Assembly (NCBI RefSeq): GCF_035084215.1
Contig: NC_090340.1
Span: 3,844,001 to 3,908,000 of the forward strand
Reading direction: 5' to 3'
Origin: Heptranchias perlo
Lineage: Eukaryota
DNA length: 64,000 bases
The notes beneath the pieces are model-generated. The model had not been told where the DNA came from. It searched no databases and saw only the letters and a program-made list of their open reading frames with translations. Shown here piece by piece: positions 62,880-64,000 of the stretch (position 1 is the stretch's first letter; each line of letters starts with the position of its first letter). A program made the position numbers and the translations under genes.

Positions 62880-64000
62880 AAATGCCAACTGCTGGATACA
62901 CTCCCAACCAAAGAGTAACTTCCACCAATGGTGCTTCGTTCGGGTCTTAACTCGTTCAAGAACCTTCGCGATCTGTATTCCACCCTGATGGACATTTGTG
63001 GTAATTACCATAGCATCACTTTCTACTGTATGCAATAGTTTAATTAACTCCTTATACTGTAAAAGTTATTGCACCAGTGCCAGGCTCATTCCCAATACTA
63101 CAAGTTCTCTGTGTCTATACAAAGTATAATTTCCATGTCCCTGATGGCGTAGCCATTTTAATATTACATTCCCGCATCGTTGTAACATTGCAAATACATA
63201 CATTATTCCAGTTCGGGAATTCTATGAACACTTCTTTAATAGTTATGTTGGGACAAGTCGTACGTACATACATTCACCCCTTTCCTATTACACGACTTTA
63301 GTTTCTCTTCTCCCATCAGATTTAAGATCAAAATGACACTTGTTTCTCGTCCCTTCTTGGGTTTAAACAAGGATCACTATTCTCAAGTTTACTTCCTTCA
63401 CAAACAAATCCAAGACCTCCTTCCTGTATGCATGCCTCCACTGACATAAATTCCCATCGTCCATCTGTCCCTTTAGTTGCGACTGAGCGAAGATCAGTTG
63501 GCATTACGAGTGTCGTATTTTGCTCTAATCTTAGACTTATTGTAGCATAAATGGAGAGGCAGGTCGCATTGTTCAAATTTAGTACATACCCAACATCATA
63601 TGGAAAGTTTACTATATGCCAACAATTCTGCCATTTATGTTCAAACTCTGAAGAGGTATCCCATCTTATCTTTTTGCATCTTTGGGTATATCATTCTTTT
63701 GCCCCATCCCTTTTCATTCCCATGCCCACAGTTTGTAGCCACGCTTGGCCTATTATGTGGAAATTGCTAAGAATGCATTCTCCTGTTCCATCCCTCGTGC
63801 TTCCAGGAGGAACAAATGATATTTTTCATTCCCGTGATTCCAATAAAGGAACAGGTGCGCTTGCATCCACTCACCCATTGCCATTTTCTCCAAACAGGTT
63901 ACCAGAGGTTTACCCATACCCCTTACTGAGTGACGTAATTTATTCGTCAATGTTTCCACATTCATACTATTCAAAACACTTACCGCAGCACCTGTTCCTC
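62880..64000 (-). pseudogene. env: Decayed retroviral env of class III (Ovex1/ERV-S/SnRV-related type); runs off the window
   Basis: Across frameshifts and stops: GTGAAVSVLNSMNVETLTNKL (fusion peptide/HR1), QAWLQ, WDTSSEFEHKWQNCWHIVNFPYD, EAC...GFVCE......PCL, IGKG..VRTTC, NVCICN, NYTLY...LGMSL.LV, VHQ....KVLERVK...HHWW.LLFGW. Confidence 0.75.

Noticed and set aside
1-64000. Many 60-240 aa ORFs in the track (e.g. 20439-21152, 53130-53828)
   Set aside because: Antisense or off-frame shadows of LINE sequence, or chance ORFs without splice or motif support.

Overview
Repeat-rich vertebrate genomic DNA, most likely from a cartilaginous fish (shark or ray). This is inferred from the repeats: many CR1 LINE subfamilies with 8-bp tails, L2, Penelope, and a SacSINE/Deu-type SINE. 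Well over half of the window is retroelement-derived. The only host gene I can reconstruct is a four-exon, + strand Ig-superfamily gene: leader 3573-3627, V with germline-joined J-like G strand 3974-4285, C1-set 5153-5458, TM 10718-10836 (263 aa if it ends in the TM exon). It looks like a non-rearranging antigen-receptor-like VJ-C1 receptor with an Arg at the TM N-terminus. A 696-bp tandem duplicate lies upstream, keeping the promoter (CRE/GATA/GC box) and leader but carrying a broken V. Notable mobile elements: a young CR1 with an open 971-aa ORF2 in intron 3; a 5'-truncated Penelope element with a 13-bp TSD and an intact minimal hammerhead ribozyme motif; several Zenon-like LINEs, one with a single nonsense codon; a probable Harbinger transposase fossil; and, at the right edge, a decayed class III-type ERV env with its 3' LTR. 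Boundaries of old repeats are approximate (tens of bp), and family names come from recalled motifs, not database searches.
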